In this document: positions 27,957 through 39,390 of the stretch, one piece after another | Layout of the letters: each line of letters opens with the position of its first letter | How positions within the stretch are numbered: the stretch's first letter is position 1 | Source: Octopus vulgaris | Lineage: Eukaryota | Direction: 5' to 3' | DNA: 64,000 nt | NCBI GenBank assembly: GCA_951406725.2 | Contig: OX597814.1 | Coordinates: 91,450,001-91,514,000 of the forward strand | Notes under the pieces: model-generated | Database searches by the model: none | What the model was told of the DNA's origin: nothing | Seen by the model: only the letters and a program-made list of their open reading frames with translations | Position numbers and translations under genes: made by a program

Positions 27957-28303
27957 GTTCCATATTTAAGAGATGAGGAAGTAAGTACATTATTTACATT
28001 ATTTACATTATATACATTCGGTGGATATATGTGCCCACGGGCATATGGCGTAGTAGTTAAGAGCGCGGGCTACTAACCTCAAGATTCCGAGTTCGATTCC
28101 AAGCAGTGACCTGAACAATAATAATAAGAAGAAGAATAATAAAAATAATAACAATAATAATAACATCGAAGAATACCTTAGGAATGAGAACCCAGGTTCG
28201 AAATTTCCCCAAGACACCTGAAGAAGGCTGGAGGGTATATCAGCCGAAACGTTGTGTTAACAACAAACAAGATGAGGACAAATATCCGTCGAATGTAAAT
28301 AAT
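27957..28303 (+). mobile_element. tRNA-headed SINE-like element carrying a hammerhead, with an inverted copy of its 3' end in front
   Basis: A box TGGCGTAGTAG (28046), B box GTTCGATTCC (28091), AAT-rich spacer, hammerhead at 28213-28258. 28007-28036 is an imperfect inverted repeat of 28274-28303. Confidence 0.72.
28213..28258 (+). ncRNA. Minimal type-I hammerhead ribozyme with a canonical core
   Basis: GACAC-CUGAAGA-A-GGCUG(10-nt loop)CAGCC-GAAA-CG-UU-GUGUU; palindromic AACGUU stem III. Confidence 0.82.
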
Positions 28304-29263
28304 TTTTTAAATTACAAGAAAAATATAATGGGAAAGACTGTCATTATATAACTTTTAAAAAAATAAAACAGCCGTACCCGCATATTCAGCACTCGTTTAT
28401 TTAACTGGAAAGTTCTTTTACAACGCAACATCGCAGAATGAACATATGGGATTTTGCTTTGACAACAATGCATGTATGTGTGTCACCGAGATCGGTGGCT
28501 AATTTTACTCTTCATTATATTCGTTAATGACTTTTTCCAGGTTACCTTTAACATTTCACTCCAGTGAAATTGACACAGCCAAATCTTCACTTCTCTTTAA
28601 TTCACAATTCATAAACGTTATCCACATCGAAACTGGATACCCTATATCAAACATATGCAGCTTCTATGACTAGAGGCCTCCAGAACACCTTCTAATGGAC
28701 ATATAGAACTATTGTTTTCTATCACCAGTGCGCAGACACTGACATTGCAAATGTCAAAGAAACGATCACTAATTTCATTTTAGGAGAACACAAAATTAAA
28801 ACCACAACTATTACTACTACTGATTAAGGCGGTTAGTTTGCAGGATCATTTCACCCGGCTTTACACTCTGAATTCAGAATCTGCCGAGATCAACTTTGCT
28901 TCTAATCATTTCGGAGTCGATAAAATACGTACCAACTGATCACTGGGGTTGATGCGATCGAATAGCCCGCTCCCCACAGATTTCACGCCTTGAAATACTT
29001 AGTGGAACAAATCTATCCCAATACTTAATGTTTAAGCTTATTACTTATTCTTTCGGTATCGTTTACTGGAGCGCAGGTTATAGGGCCGTAAACAAGCTAA
29101 CATCGGATAACAAGCAATGGTGGAAGACAGTCAACACAAACACCACTCTGAAGGACTCAACCCAGGACTACATGGTTGAGAAGTAAGCTCCACAATGGTA
29201 CAGCCATGTCTACGATACTCTTTCAGTTTCTCTCTCCCTACACACACACACACACACACACAC

Positions 29264-29304
<41 letters not shown>

Positions 29305-29368
29305 AGTAAATGTAGGGATAAGCAAATTAGATAGATCAATATATAAGGTATATTGAATACATGAAATG

Positions 29369-29415
<47 letters not shown>

Positions 29416-29577
29416 GTGTGTGTGATTGTGTATAGAAGAATATATTAATAAAAAGAATTCCAAACTTGTCTGATTTTCACGTTTTATTTACAATCTTATA
29501 ATGATATATTATAAGATAATATATTATAATTGAATAAAATAAAATGAAATAGTAGAATGTTAAATATTCATTCTGAT

Positions 29578-29622
29578 TGAACTAGTACTTTCATGCATTG
29601 AATTCTGCAATCTTCGGGTTCA
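29578..29622 (-). ncRNA. Minimal type-I hammerhead ribozyme (Penelope 3' region)
   Basis: Exact reverse complement of 34170-34214. Confidence 0.8.
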
Positions 29623-30116
29623 TGTAGTAGTGTTGACAGTCATGCTTCACAATTTTTGACTGTAGCAAGATGAGTGATTCTGTGCTATAAATACAGCTGG
29701 GTAGGCTCCAGAGTGCTAGGTTTTGCAAACTGTATTCTGACCAATCAGTGTGTAGTATCACTCAATTACTTAAGCTGATTGGTTGGTTGAGCTGATTGGT
29801 TTAGGCATCACGCTTTGTTGGACATGTCAAGAGTCCTGTATCTTGACCCTGGCCGAAGCAGCAATTGTTGGGTTATTTTTAGAAATGTTGTAAATATCCT
29901 TTGTCAGAGATTTTTATATTTTTATATTTCAATTGTCATCATCATCATTGTCAGCACCTTAATTATTGTTGCTAGTGGTGATGGTGGTGGCAATAGAACT
30001 TTTAACCCTAAATAAGATAATTTTCCTGCTATCTTCGTCTTGATCACCTTTAGTATTGTTGTTGTTGTTAGTGGTCATGGTCGTAGCAGTGGAAGTAATA
30101 CCTCTAAGTATTATTA

Positions 30117-32444
30117 TTATTGCTTATTTAGCTTGGGTTCGAATTTATCAATAAAATTCTTTTCTCTGATTTTCCTCTCGATTTCACTTGGGCTGTGTAA
30201 TTTGTAGAATGGAAATATTATATATATTTTCCGACCACATGTTGCTAGGTGGTTACTCAAAGGTATCTGACGGACCTCTGGGTCTCTAATCTGTTGCCGG
30301 TGTACACGTGAGCGTTCTAATAGTGCGTTTCCCGTCTGACCTACATATATTTCTTCACAATTTGGGCATTTGATGCAGTAAATTAAATTTCTGCTTTTGC
30401 AGTTCATATTCGCGTTTGTGAATATTTTCCCGGTTTTTGTGTTTATATATTGACCGGTATGTATGAATTGGCATGTGCCACATCGGCTATCATTGCATTT
30501 AGATACCGTGAATGTTTGGTCTTTGTTGCTGAGGTCAAATTTTGCCTTTGTTAGTAATGTTTTCAAGTTTTTAGGCTGTCTTTTACTAAGCACCATAGCT
30601 CGATCCTTGATTATGTCTTTTAATTCATTACTTTGGGCAATGATTGGTAGGTTTGCTTTGGCAATGTTGAAGATATTCTGGTGACATGGGTTGTGTGTCA
30701 CTATGAATGGTATGACTTGTTCTTGTTTTCCTCTTCCTTGGGTTGTCCTAAGTTGTTGTATAGGTATTTTTATAGCCCGCTGTATGCCATTTTCTATAAG
30801 TAGAGATGGGTATTTTTGTTTGAGCAAAAATTCTCTTAGTTCTATTAGGCGTTTGTTCCTGATATTTGCATCTTCTACAATAGTACAAATTCTTCTGGCT
30901 AGGCAGTATGGGATGTTACGTTTTGTATGTGGTGGATGGCACGACTTAAAATTTAGGTATTGATGTGTGTCTGTGTGTTTATAGTATATATCTGTGGTGA
31001 TGGTGGTGTCTTTTTTAATTACCATTATATCCAGGAATGGTAATTTGGTACTACTCATCTCCTTTGTAAATTTGAGAGATGGGTGTAGGTTGTTCAGGAG
31101 GATATTGAACTCTTCCAGAGTATTTAGAGATTCTGTCCAGATTATGAAACAGTCGTCTAGGTATCTCTTCCATGCCTTTTCAATATACTTTCTAAATCCA
31201 GTGCCATAGTTTACCTCCACCTCTTGGTAGAGTTGTTCTTCTAAGTATCCCATTACAGAGTTGGCGTAAACGGGAGCAAACCTCGTTCCCATCGCCGTGC
31301 CTCTAATTTGGATGTAATTCTTTCCATTGAAGAAGAATGTGTTATTTTCTAGAATAAGTTTGACTGTGTCTAATATAAATGGCACTGTGAATCTGCTGGG
31401 AATCACTTCTCTATGTTTTTCTAACCAGTATTTAATCGCCTTTATTCCTAAATCGTGTGGAATATTGGTGTAGAGGCTTACCACATCAAAACTTAGTAAA
31501 ACTGAATTTATTTCTGTTGTTTTGGGAAGATGGGACAGGAAGTCGATGTCATCCCTGATGAAACTTGGTATGTAAGTACATAGTGGTTTCAAAACAATGT
31601 CAATAAAATTGCTTAGACGGTGTGTAGGGCATGCTGGACCAGCTATAATAGGTCTAAGTTTTAGGTCTTTTGGATGTAATAATTTTATGTACTCACTTTC
31701 TTGTTCTTTTACTGCCTGTTGAATGTTTTTTGATTTGTGTATTTTTGGTATGCCGTAGAAGTTGCTGGGTTTTGGTTCAAAATTGGTGATGTAGTCTTTT
31801 TCATTATCCGTAAGTGAGTTGTGGTGTGTTGAAATCAGGTTGTTGATCTTTTTCATGATGTGGTGGTCTATATTTGCGGGTATTTCACAATAGAAGGTTG
31901 TATCCTTCAGTTGGTCTTCAACCAAATCCTTATAGTATTCGGTATCCATAATAACAATTGCACCACCTTTATCTGCTTGTTTAATTATTATTGTTTGATC
32001 GTTTTGTATACGTTTACATGCAGACATCTCTGATTTGCTAATGTTTGGCCTAACATTGGTATTGCGTCTAAGGGGAAATTTAGACAGGATATCAATGTAT
32101 TGGTCAAGGTAGTTATTTCTTCCTTTTGGTGGGGTGAAATTTGATTTATTCCTTACTAGGGATTCATCAATCTCATTACTTTTGTTAGCGAAGAATTCTA
32201 CAAGTCGTAATTTTCGACAGAATTTTTGGATATCCTCCTTTAATTCTTGGTGGTTGGCTGTTGGTGTAGGTGTGAATTTCAGTCCTTTTGACAGAAGTTG
32301 GATTTCATCATTGTCAAGATCTCTTTTTGATAAATTAATTATTTTAGGATCTATACGTTCAGTTGTTTGGGGTATGTTTCCTCTTGGATTTTTTCTTTCT
32401 CCGGTGTTTGTTGTCCTGACGTAAAAAAATGGATTTTTTTCTGG
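30117..32444 (-). CDS. Penelope-like reverse transcriptase plus GIY-YIG endonuclease
   Basis: Motifs INLS..LLSKGLKFTPTP, ADKGGAIV, YGIPKIHK, LRPII, SFDVVSLYTNIP, GTAMGT, RYLDD, Cys linker KCNDSRCGTC, NLIYCIKC..C.EIYVGQT. The frame is open upstream of the annotated ATG (32027) as far as a TAA at 32445-32447. Confidence 0.93.
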   Translation of the reverse strand, partial: PEKNPFFYVRTTNTGERKNPRGNIPQTTERIDPKIINLSKRDLDNDEIQLLSKGLKFTPTPTANHQELKEDIQKFCRKLRLVEFFANKSNEIDESLVRNKSNFTPPKGRNNYLDQYIDILSKFPLRRNTNVRPNISKSEMSACKRIQNDQTIIIKQADKGGAIVIMDTEYYKDLVEDQLKDTTFYCEIPANIDHHIMKKINNLISTHHNSLTDNEKDYITNFEPKPSNFYGIPKIHKSKNIQQAVKEQESEYIKLLHPKDLKLRPIIAGPACPTHRLSNFIDIVLKPLCTYIPSFIRDDIDFLSHLPKTTEINSVLLSFDVVSLYTNIPHDLGIKAIKYWLEKHREVIPSRFTVPFILDTVKLILENNTFFFNGKNYIQIRGTAMGTRFAPVYANSVMGYLEEQLYQEVEVNYGTGFRKYIEKAWKRYLDDCFIIWTESLNTLEEFNILLNNLHPSLKFTKEMSSTKLPFLDIMVIKKDTTITTDIYYKHTDTHQYLNFKSCHPPHTKRNIPYCLARRICTIVEDANIRNKRLIELREFLLKQKYPSLLIENGIQRAIKIPIQQLRTTQGRGKQEQVIPFIVTHNPCHQNIFNIAKANLPIIAQSNELKDIIKDRAMVLSKRQPKNLKTLLTKAKFDLSNKDQTFTVSKCNDSRCGTCQFIHTGQYINTKTGKIFTNANMNCKSRNLIYCIKCPNCEEIYVGQTGNALLERSRVHRQQIRDPEVRQIPLSNHLATCGRKIYIIFPFYKLHSPSEIERKIREKNFIDKFEPKLNKQ

Positions 32445-32968
32445 TTATGATTTATATTCCTGTTGATGTTTGCTTGATGAATTTTGCGTTTTGGTTGTGG
32501 TACTTTACTTGGTTTCGTTATGTTTTCTGTCTTGTTTTTGGTATTATGTATGCTACTTTTCAATTTCTTGTTAGCATTGTTTTTAACCACCTGGAGAAAT
32601 GATCTGGGTTTACTTCTAGATCTAGATCGGTTTTTTGTCCAGTTTCTTGTGGGTAATCTCTGTTGAGGTCTTGAAAATGATCTCCTGTTATTTCTACTGC
32701 TAATGGTCTGTTCAAAACAATATCTATTTTGTTTGTGCTTTTTGTTCATGTTGTGTGCATTAGGGTGTTTGCATACAAAATGGGAAGAGTTCTTACCGTA
32801 GTTCGTCTTCGATTCGTGGTGAAACGGGTGTTCATGTTGCCACGTGTTCTGGTGTATATTGCGTTGGTGAGGTTGTCCACTTTTAATGCTATTTCTCGGA
32901 GTTCTGGTGTCTTTACCGTAATTTGTAGCATATTTGTCGAGAAATAATTGTTTCCGCTGCCAAAACTT
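32351..32968 (-). CDS. Upstream basic, low-complexity ORF1 of the Penelope element; 5'-truncated and overlapping the RT frame
   Basis: Frame is open from the inversion junction (32968, KFWQRKQLF...) through RSRSRSKPRSF to TAG at 32351. The RT frame is -1 relative to it. Confidence 0.65.
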   Translation of the reverse strand, partial: KFWQRKQLFLDKYATNYGKDTRTPRNSIKSGQPHQRNIHQNTWQHEHPFHHESKTNYGKNSSHFVCKHPNAHNMNKKHKQNRYCFEQTISSRNNRRSFSRPQQRLPTRNWTKNRSRSRSKPRSFLQVVKNNANKKLKSSIHNTKNKTENITKPSKVPQPKRKIHQANINRNINHNQKKIHFFTSGQQTPEKEKIQEETYPKQLNV

Positions 32969-33675
32969 TCAAACAAAAATACCCATCTCTACTTATAGAA
33001 AATGGCATACAGCGGGCTATAAAAATACCTATACAACAACTTAGGACAACCCAAGGAAGAGGAAAACAAGAACAAGTCATACCATTCATAGTGACACACA
33101 ACCCATGTCACCAGAATATCTTCAACATTGCCAAAGCAAACCTACCAATCATTGCCCAAAGTAATGAATTAAAAGACATAATCAAGGATCGAGCTATGGT
33201 GCTTAGTAAAAGACAGCCTAAAAACTTGAAAACATTACTAACAAAGGCAAAATTTGACCTCAGCAACAAAGACCAAACATTCACGGTATCTAAATGCAAT
33301 GATAGCCGATGTGGCACATGCCAATTCATACATACCGGTCAATATATAAACACAAAAACCGGGAAAATATTCACAAACGCGAATATGAACTGCAAAAGCA
33401 GAAATTTAATTTACTGCATCAAATGCCCAAATTGTGAAGAAATATATGTAGGTCAGACGGGAAACGCACTATTAGAACGCTCACGTGTACACCGGCAACA
33501 GATTAGAGACCCAGAGGTCCGTCAGATACCTTTGAGTAACCACCTAGCAACATGTGGTCGGAAAATATATATAATATTTCCATTCTACAAATTACACAGC
33601 CCAAGTGAAATCGAGAGGAAAATCAGAGAAAAGAATTTTATTGATAAATTCGAACCCAAGCTAAATAAGCAATAA
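32969..33675 (+). pseudogene. Inverted duplicate of the Penelope C-terminus (thumb end plus GIY-YIG)
   Basis: The translation matches the C-terminal part of the 30117 ORF; there is no RT core. Confidence 0.9.
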
Positions 33676-34169
33676 TAATAATACTTAGAGGTATTACTTC
33701 CACTGCTACGACCATGACCACTAACAACAACAACAATACTAAAGGTGATCAAGACGAAGATAGCAGGAAAATTATCTTATTTAGGGTTAAAAGTTCTATT
33801 GCCACCACCATCACCACTAGCAACAATAATTAAGGTGCTGACAATGATGATGATGACAATTGAAATATAAAAATATAAAAATCTCTGACAAAGGATATTT
33901 ACAACATTTCTAAAAATAACCCAACAATTGCTGCTTCGGCCAGGGTCAAGATACAGGACTCTTGACATGTCCAACAAAGCGTGATGCCTAAACCAATCAG
34001 CTCAACCAACCAATCAGCTTAAGTAATTGAGTGATACTACACACTGATTGGTCAGAATACAGTTTGCAAAACCTAGCACTCTGGAGCCTACCCAGCTGTA
34101 TTTATAGCACAGAATCACTCATCTTGCTACAGTCAAAAATTGTGAAGCATGACTGTCAACACTACTACA

Positions 34170-34214
34170 TGAACCCGAAGATTGCAGAATTCAATGCATG
34201 AAAGTACTAGTTCA
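34170..34214 (+). ncRNA. Minimal type-I hammerhead ribozyme (Penelope 3' region, inverted copy)
   Basis: UGAAC-CCGAAGA-U-UGCA(loop)UGCA-U-GAAA-GUAC-UA-GUUCA: stem I, core variant, stem II, palindromic stem III (AGUACU), cleavage triplet. Confidence 0.8.
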
Positions 34215-34753
34215 ATCAGAATGAATATTTAACATTCTACTATTTCATTTTATTTTATTCAATTATAATATATTATCTTATAATATATCATTATAAGATT
34301 GTAAATAAAACGTGAAAATCAGACAAGTTTGGAATTCTTTTTATTAATATATATATATATATATATGTATACACATAAAAACTTCCAAGTTATACAGGAT
34401 ACAGATGATATAGAGAATTAAAGGGGATGAAGAACAGTATTACAAATCCAACCCCTGATTCTGGGGTTTCGGTGGCCCATAATAATTTTTGTACATTGAG
34501 CCTCCGTCTTCAGAGAAGAGATCTTGCATTTGTGATGTTAAAGGAAAGAAGTTCAAAGATGGAAATCCATGTATATATTTATAAAGACAGCTTGCTGACA
34601 AAAACGTTAGTATGCTGAACAAAGTTCTTAGTAGCATTTCGTGCGTTTTATGTTCTGAGATCAAATTCTGCCGAGGACAGTTTGAGCACTGGGGTCGATG
34701 TAATCGACTTAACCACAAGACCGGAATTGTAGGTTTTGTGCCTTAATTTGAAA

Positions 34754-34801
<48 letters not shown>

Positions 34802-34899
34802 TACACGCGCATGCACATGCACACACAAATATACAAGGTGATTCGGCTAAATTTGACGATATTTTATATCTCCTGTTTTCAGGAACAGTTTGATGCAAT

Positions 34900-34948
<49 letters not shown>

Positions 34949-35998
34949 CAAAGTAAAAACGGAAGGTGCCGCACGAGTGAAAATAATATGAAGGGGATTT
35001 GAAAATGCAGGGTTCTTTTAAAGATGTTTATTGACTGGAACAGTTTCACTTTCTTTCAAACAAAGATTTTCAAAATTAAAGCGCAAGGTATTAAAATTGT
35101 GGTGTTAAAAACTAGTTAACATAGATGTTTTGAAATACGGTGATAGAGCCTGATAAACAGAAAATGTTAAGAAATAGAGTCTTTGACAATGATAAAAAAA
35201 TCTTCAGAGACGCTATGTGTTTCAACAGTTTACATCAAATTGTTCAAAATAGGGAGTAAAATAAGTTCATGATTGTTTATCAGTTCAACAGAAATCATAA
35301 TTGTTTATAAGCATATATACAGAAAGAATTTGTACATAGTATTTGATAGGAGAAAGCGTGTATTGCTTTGTCAAAAGTTCATCAGAAATCAATTGTTTAT
35401 ATGGATTTTACGCGAATGACCACTCATTTTTCATTATCTCCAGTCTTGTGTACGTGTTTTTCAAGGATGCTTGCTATTTTTAGAAATATTGTGGGAGATT
35501 GGTTGGAACCAGTCACATGATCTGATTTCGAATAGTTTGTGGAATCAAAAGGAATATTTTTCTTTCTGTGCTAGTCTGTCATGGTTCGGTGGGTTTTTTG
35601 ACTGGTCTTAGAGTTCAAGATGGTGTTCGTGTCTGTATGTGTGTGTGTGCACGATTCTATGTGTGTATGTATATATTCTTGTGTATGTGTGTGGTGGTTT
35701 TTGACTGGTCTTAGAGCTCAGCATAGTGTATGTGTATGGGTCTGTGTATGTGTGTATTTTACATTTAGCAGTGTGGTGTTATTATATGTGTGAACGTGTG
35801 TGTATGATTTCTATTTGTCAGGGTGATGTATGTTTGCGCGTGTGTATATGTGTTTGTTTGTGTGTGTGTATGTGTAAGTCTCTGTGTGTGTGCGTGTGTA
35901 TGTATGTGTGTGAGTGTGTATATGTGTTTGAGTGTGTGTACGTGTACGTGTTTGTGTGTGTATGTGTGTGCGCGTGAGTGTATGTGTGTATGCATGTA

Positions 35999-36052
<54 letters not shown>

Positions 36053-38062
36053 GGTCCCGGGTTGATTCGGGGTTAACCACAGTAAGTAAGGTACTCAATA
36101 CATAGCAGAGTAAAATTAATTTATTATATAGAAGGAGCTTCTACAGGACTAGTACTGTTTCATTCAAGAGAAATCTTATATATATATATATATATATATT
36201 TGCCCTACATAATCATATTATACATATTTGGGATCAGGATTTTTCCGGGAGTGACAATCTGCCTCTCATTTGGTTCTTGAACAGCCAGCATTGGTGGGAT
36301 CAGGTCTGGCAGAGGATTTGTAATATGTTAGCTGAAAATTCAAATTTTAAAAGAACTCCGAAAATTCTTTGACGTTCTTCATTTAAACTGAATTTAAGGA
36401 AATACCATATTGGTAGGGTACCAATAAATGCTTTACTATTATTGGTCCCTTTAGATTTGATCCGCAGATACAATTAGCCCTCTGCACAAGCTAACCTAAA
36501 AGTACGCACAGTGTGCGGCTTTTAAGCTAAAGTTATAATATATGCCTTAAGTATATGCAACTAATAGATCGTTCAGGGGACATAAAATTTTATAAATGTT
36601 AAGAGTTATTTCCCTTACATTAATTTTCTTTAAACATTAAAAAAAATTTAATCTAGCTTTATTACATTTACGTTTTGTTGGCTAACTCTTTCGAAACACG
36701 TTACTTCGCCTCTTCGCAAATGTTGTATTCGACGTAGAGATGGATAGTCTTAACTTTCCGTGTTTTCTATCATTGACTTATGTTAGAGGTAGAAATATAC
36801 AGTTTTTGTATAAGATCAAAATATCTTAAGTTATTTATTTACTAAAGAACGTCCCGTATTTAAATCATACCAATGTCAATTCTTCTTTTCGTAATTCTAA
36901 GGTCGACAAAATGAAATACCAGGGAAGTACTGTAGACGACTTTCACGGCAAAAATTCTCCCCAACTTTCAGGTTATGTGTCAGGGATAAGCAGCATTATT
37001 TGTAGTTTCCAAATGCTATAAGGTAGCAGAATCATTAGTACGCGGGACAAAATTCTTAGCGGTATTTCGTCCGTATTTCGTTCTGAGTTCAAATTCCGCT
37101 GAAGTGGACTTTGCCATTCAGTCTTTCAGCTTTTCTAGGTCGATAAAATAAGTACCAGTTGAGCACTGGGGTCAATGTAATTGACCCATCACCCTACATA
37201 CACCCCTCCACACACAGGCAAATTTCAGGCCTTGTGTCTACAGTACAAAGAATTATTTGGCGGGATGGCAGAATCGTTATTACGCTGGACGAAATACTAC
37301 TAAGGCTTGACGTTCTGAGTTCAAATCCCGGCTAGGTCGGATTTACCTTTCATTCTATTGTAGTTAATAAGATACGTGCTAGTCTTTCTAGCCTAAAATT
37401 TCAGGTCTTCTTACTATGTGTGCATGTAGAAATACACACATATAGTAATATGATTAACGTCCGCCACTGAAAGCAGCACGTCTATATGAGATGTCATCTC
37501 GGGACAAATAGAGCACTAATTATGCCTATCACAGTGTATTGACAATATGTATGATACAGAAATAGTTAAATGTAGTTTCATACAAGCACGATCGTTTTAC
37601 GGAATTATATTATCGACTATTTATCGGGTGTTTCACTGGTAAATTTTGCGTCGTATGTGAATTTTACTGCAGAGAATTATTGCTTCTCCAGTAATTGATA
37701 TACCGCATCATATTTTTAGTGAGTCTTAAGATGTCATAAAACCCTCATACCCTATTAGCCACTTGAAGGTTTTACAGAAAGTATCAGAAAAACAAATATA
37801 ATATTCAACTTAGTGTGTGAAAAGGTGTGACCCAAGACAAAAATTCATTGATCTCGTTACAAAATTTTGCATTACAGCTTATAACATTTTTACAAAGAAA
37901 CCTAAATATATACATGCATACATACATACGCACGCATGCTCATAAAAATATACATGCATACATATACATTTGCATAGACATACATACATGCATATATATA
38001 TGTATATATGTGTGTGTATGTGTATGTATGTATATATATATACATATACTTATATATTTATA

Positions 38063-38119
<57 letters not shown>

Positions 38120-38349
38120 ATAGTTGAACACTCCTGTCAAAATCTGGGACCTTGAAGACTGTTTAATGCAAGAAAGTATACTAGTCCCTTAATATTTCAT
38201 ATTCAATATTTCATCTATTCAATAAGACAACCAATACTTCCTTTCATTTTACTATATATACTATTTACACTATATATTCTTTATTCTATATTAATATTAT
38301 AAAGAATGTAAATAAAACATAAAAATCAGAGTTGGAATTATTTTGAATG

Positions 38350-38382
<33 letters not shown>

Positions 38383-38829
38383 ATGCACATTTAAACACAT
38401 AAGAAGTATCTTTCATAGGACTCCTTTCACGCTAGAAGGAACAGCTAAAGTCCAAACCACTATTAGAGGTTAAAATCTCGAAGGGAATGAAAAATAAAGA
38501 CATTTACCGTCTATTTCCTGTACCATGGTTGCTGACTTATTTAGCAAATATAATAGCGTGAAAGGAATCCTCTTAAGGATACCTCTTATGTGTTTAAATG
38601 TACACTGTATTTATATGAATAATATATAGTTTATTGACTAAATTTTCCTACACGCTAGTCCACAGGAAGTAAAAAATTTCTAAAATCTTTATTACCCTGA
38701 TATTATTAATTATCGATAATTTTTTCTAGAGAATTGTTCGAAGAAATGCCGGTATCTTTTTGCTGCCGATAATAAACTGCGCTTGCGCGGTGGATTTGAA
38801 AAATTATAATGTATAATATAATGTATATG

Positions 38830-39390
38830 CTGGATTTGCCTCGTACTTATATGTTTAATCTAGGCATACCTGTTGATGAAGACTTCGCCGAGCAAATTAT
38901 TTTCTTCGCTGTTTCTGGATTGCAAACGCATACCCTTCTATTGGACCGTGATAAACTTTTTTGGTGATCGCTGTTACTATCATCACGGAGCTTTCTAGTA
39001 ACATATCCATGCATAGACTTCTGCTCATATATGCTATATCCTTTCATCTGATGATACATTGTGGTAGAGGCGTGCGACTTCTTTGGGCATGTAGTCTAGA
39101 TTACATGACAAAGACTGTTGCTCAAGGAGCTGCCTTCCGTGTCTCATGATGTTATCAGCCTCATGTCCCAAACTGGGTCAAGAGATGCACTTCGACACTT
39201 GGTGGGTTATGATGCGACATTCAAAGGCATTTTGGATCGATGTTAAACTTCTTCGCCCTTGTTTGCGTTTTAGGTTGAGGTGGTCTACATCATTTATGTG
39301 GAAATTATGTATGCTTGTTACTATTTTTCGGGTTTTCACATCAATGGCTCGTATCTCATCAAGCGTTCAGTCAAGCAGCCCAAATGTTGG
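38830..39390 (-). mobile_element. R4/Dong-like LINE fragment (post-RT thumb region)
   Basis: Manual translation PTFGLLD*TLDEIRAIDVKTRKIVTSIHNFHINDVDHLNLKRKQGRRSL, then MHGYVTRKL. Confidence 0.7.

Larger units (their letters stand above)
29440..34352 (-). mobile_element. Young Penelope-like retroelement (5'-truncated) with an inverted partial copy, inserted next to (TA)n
   Basis: Intact RT+GIY-YIG ORF on the minus strand. 29440-30823 is repeated in inverted orientation at 32969-34352 (mirrored coordinates sum to 63792). Hammerhead motif in the 3' region; TA microsatellite flanks. Confidence 0.95.

Noticed and set aside
28036-28112. Functional tRNA gene
   Set aside because: A and B boxes are present, but no convincing acceptor stem or poly-T terminator, and it runs into a repeat body; better read as a SINE head.
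30117-32444. Selenocysteine recoding as reported for some Naiad Penelope elements
   Set aside because: The RT-EN frame has no in-frame TGA, and the conserved Cys positions are ordinary Cys codons.
32746-33101. Novel chimeric ORFs across the inversion junction
   Set aside because: Alternative-frame or antisense readings created by the junction; no motif support.
29440-34352. DNA transposon with long TIRs, or group II intron/retron-like system
   Set aside because: The arms include the element's own GIY-YIG coding end and the protein is a Penelope-type RT; no transposase and no prokaryotic context.
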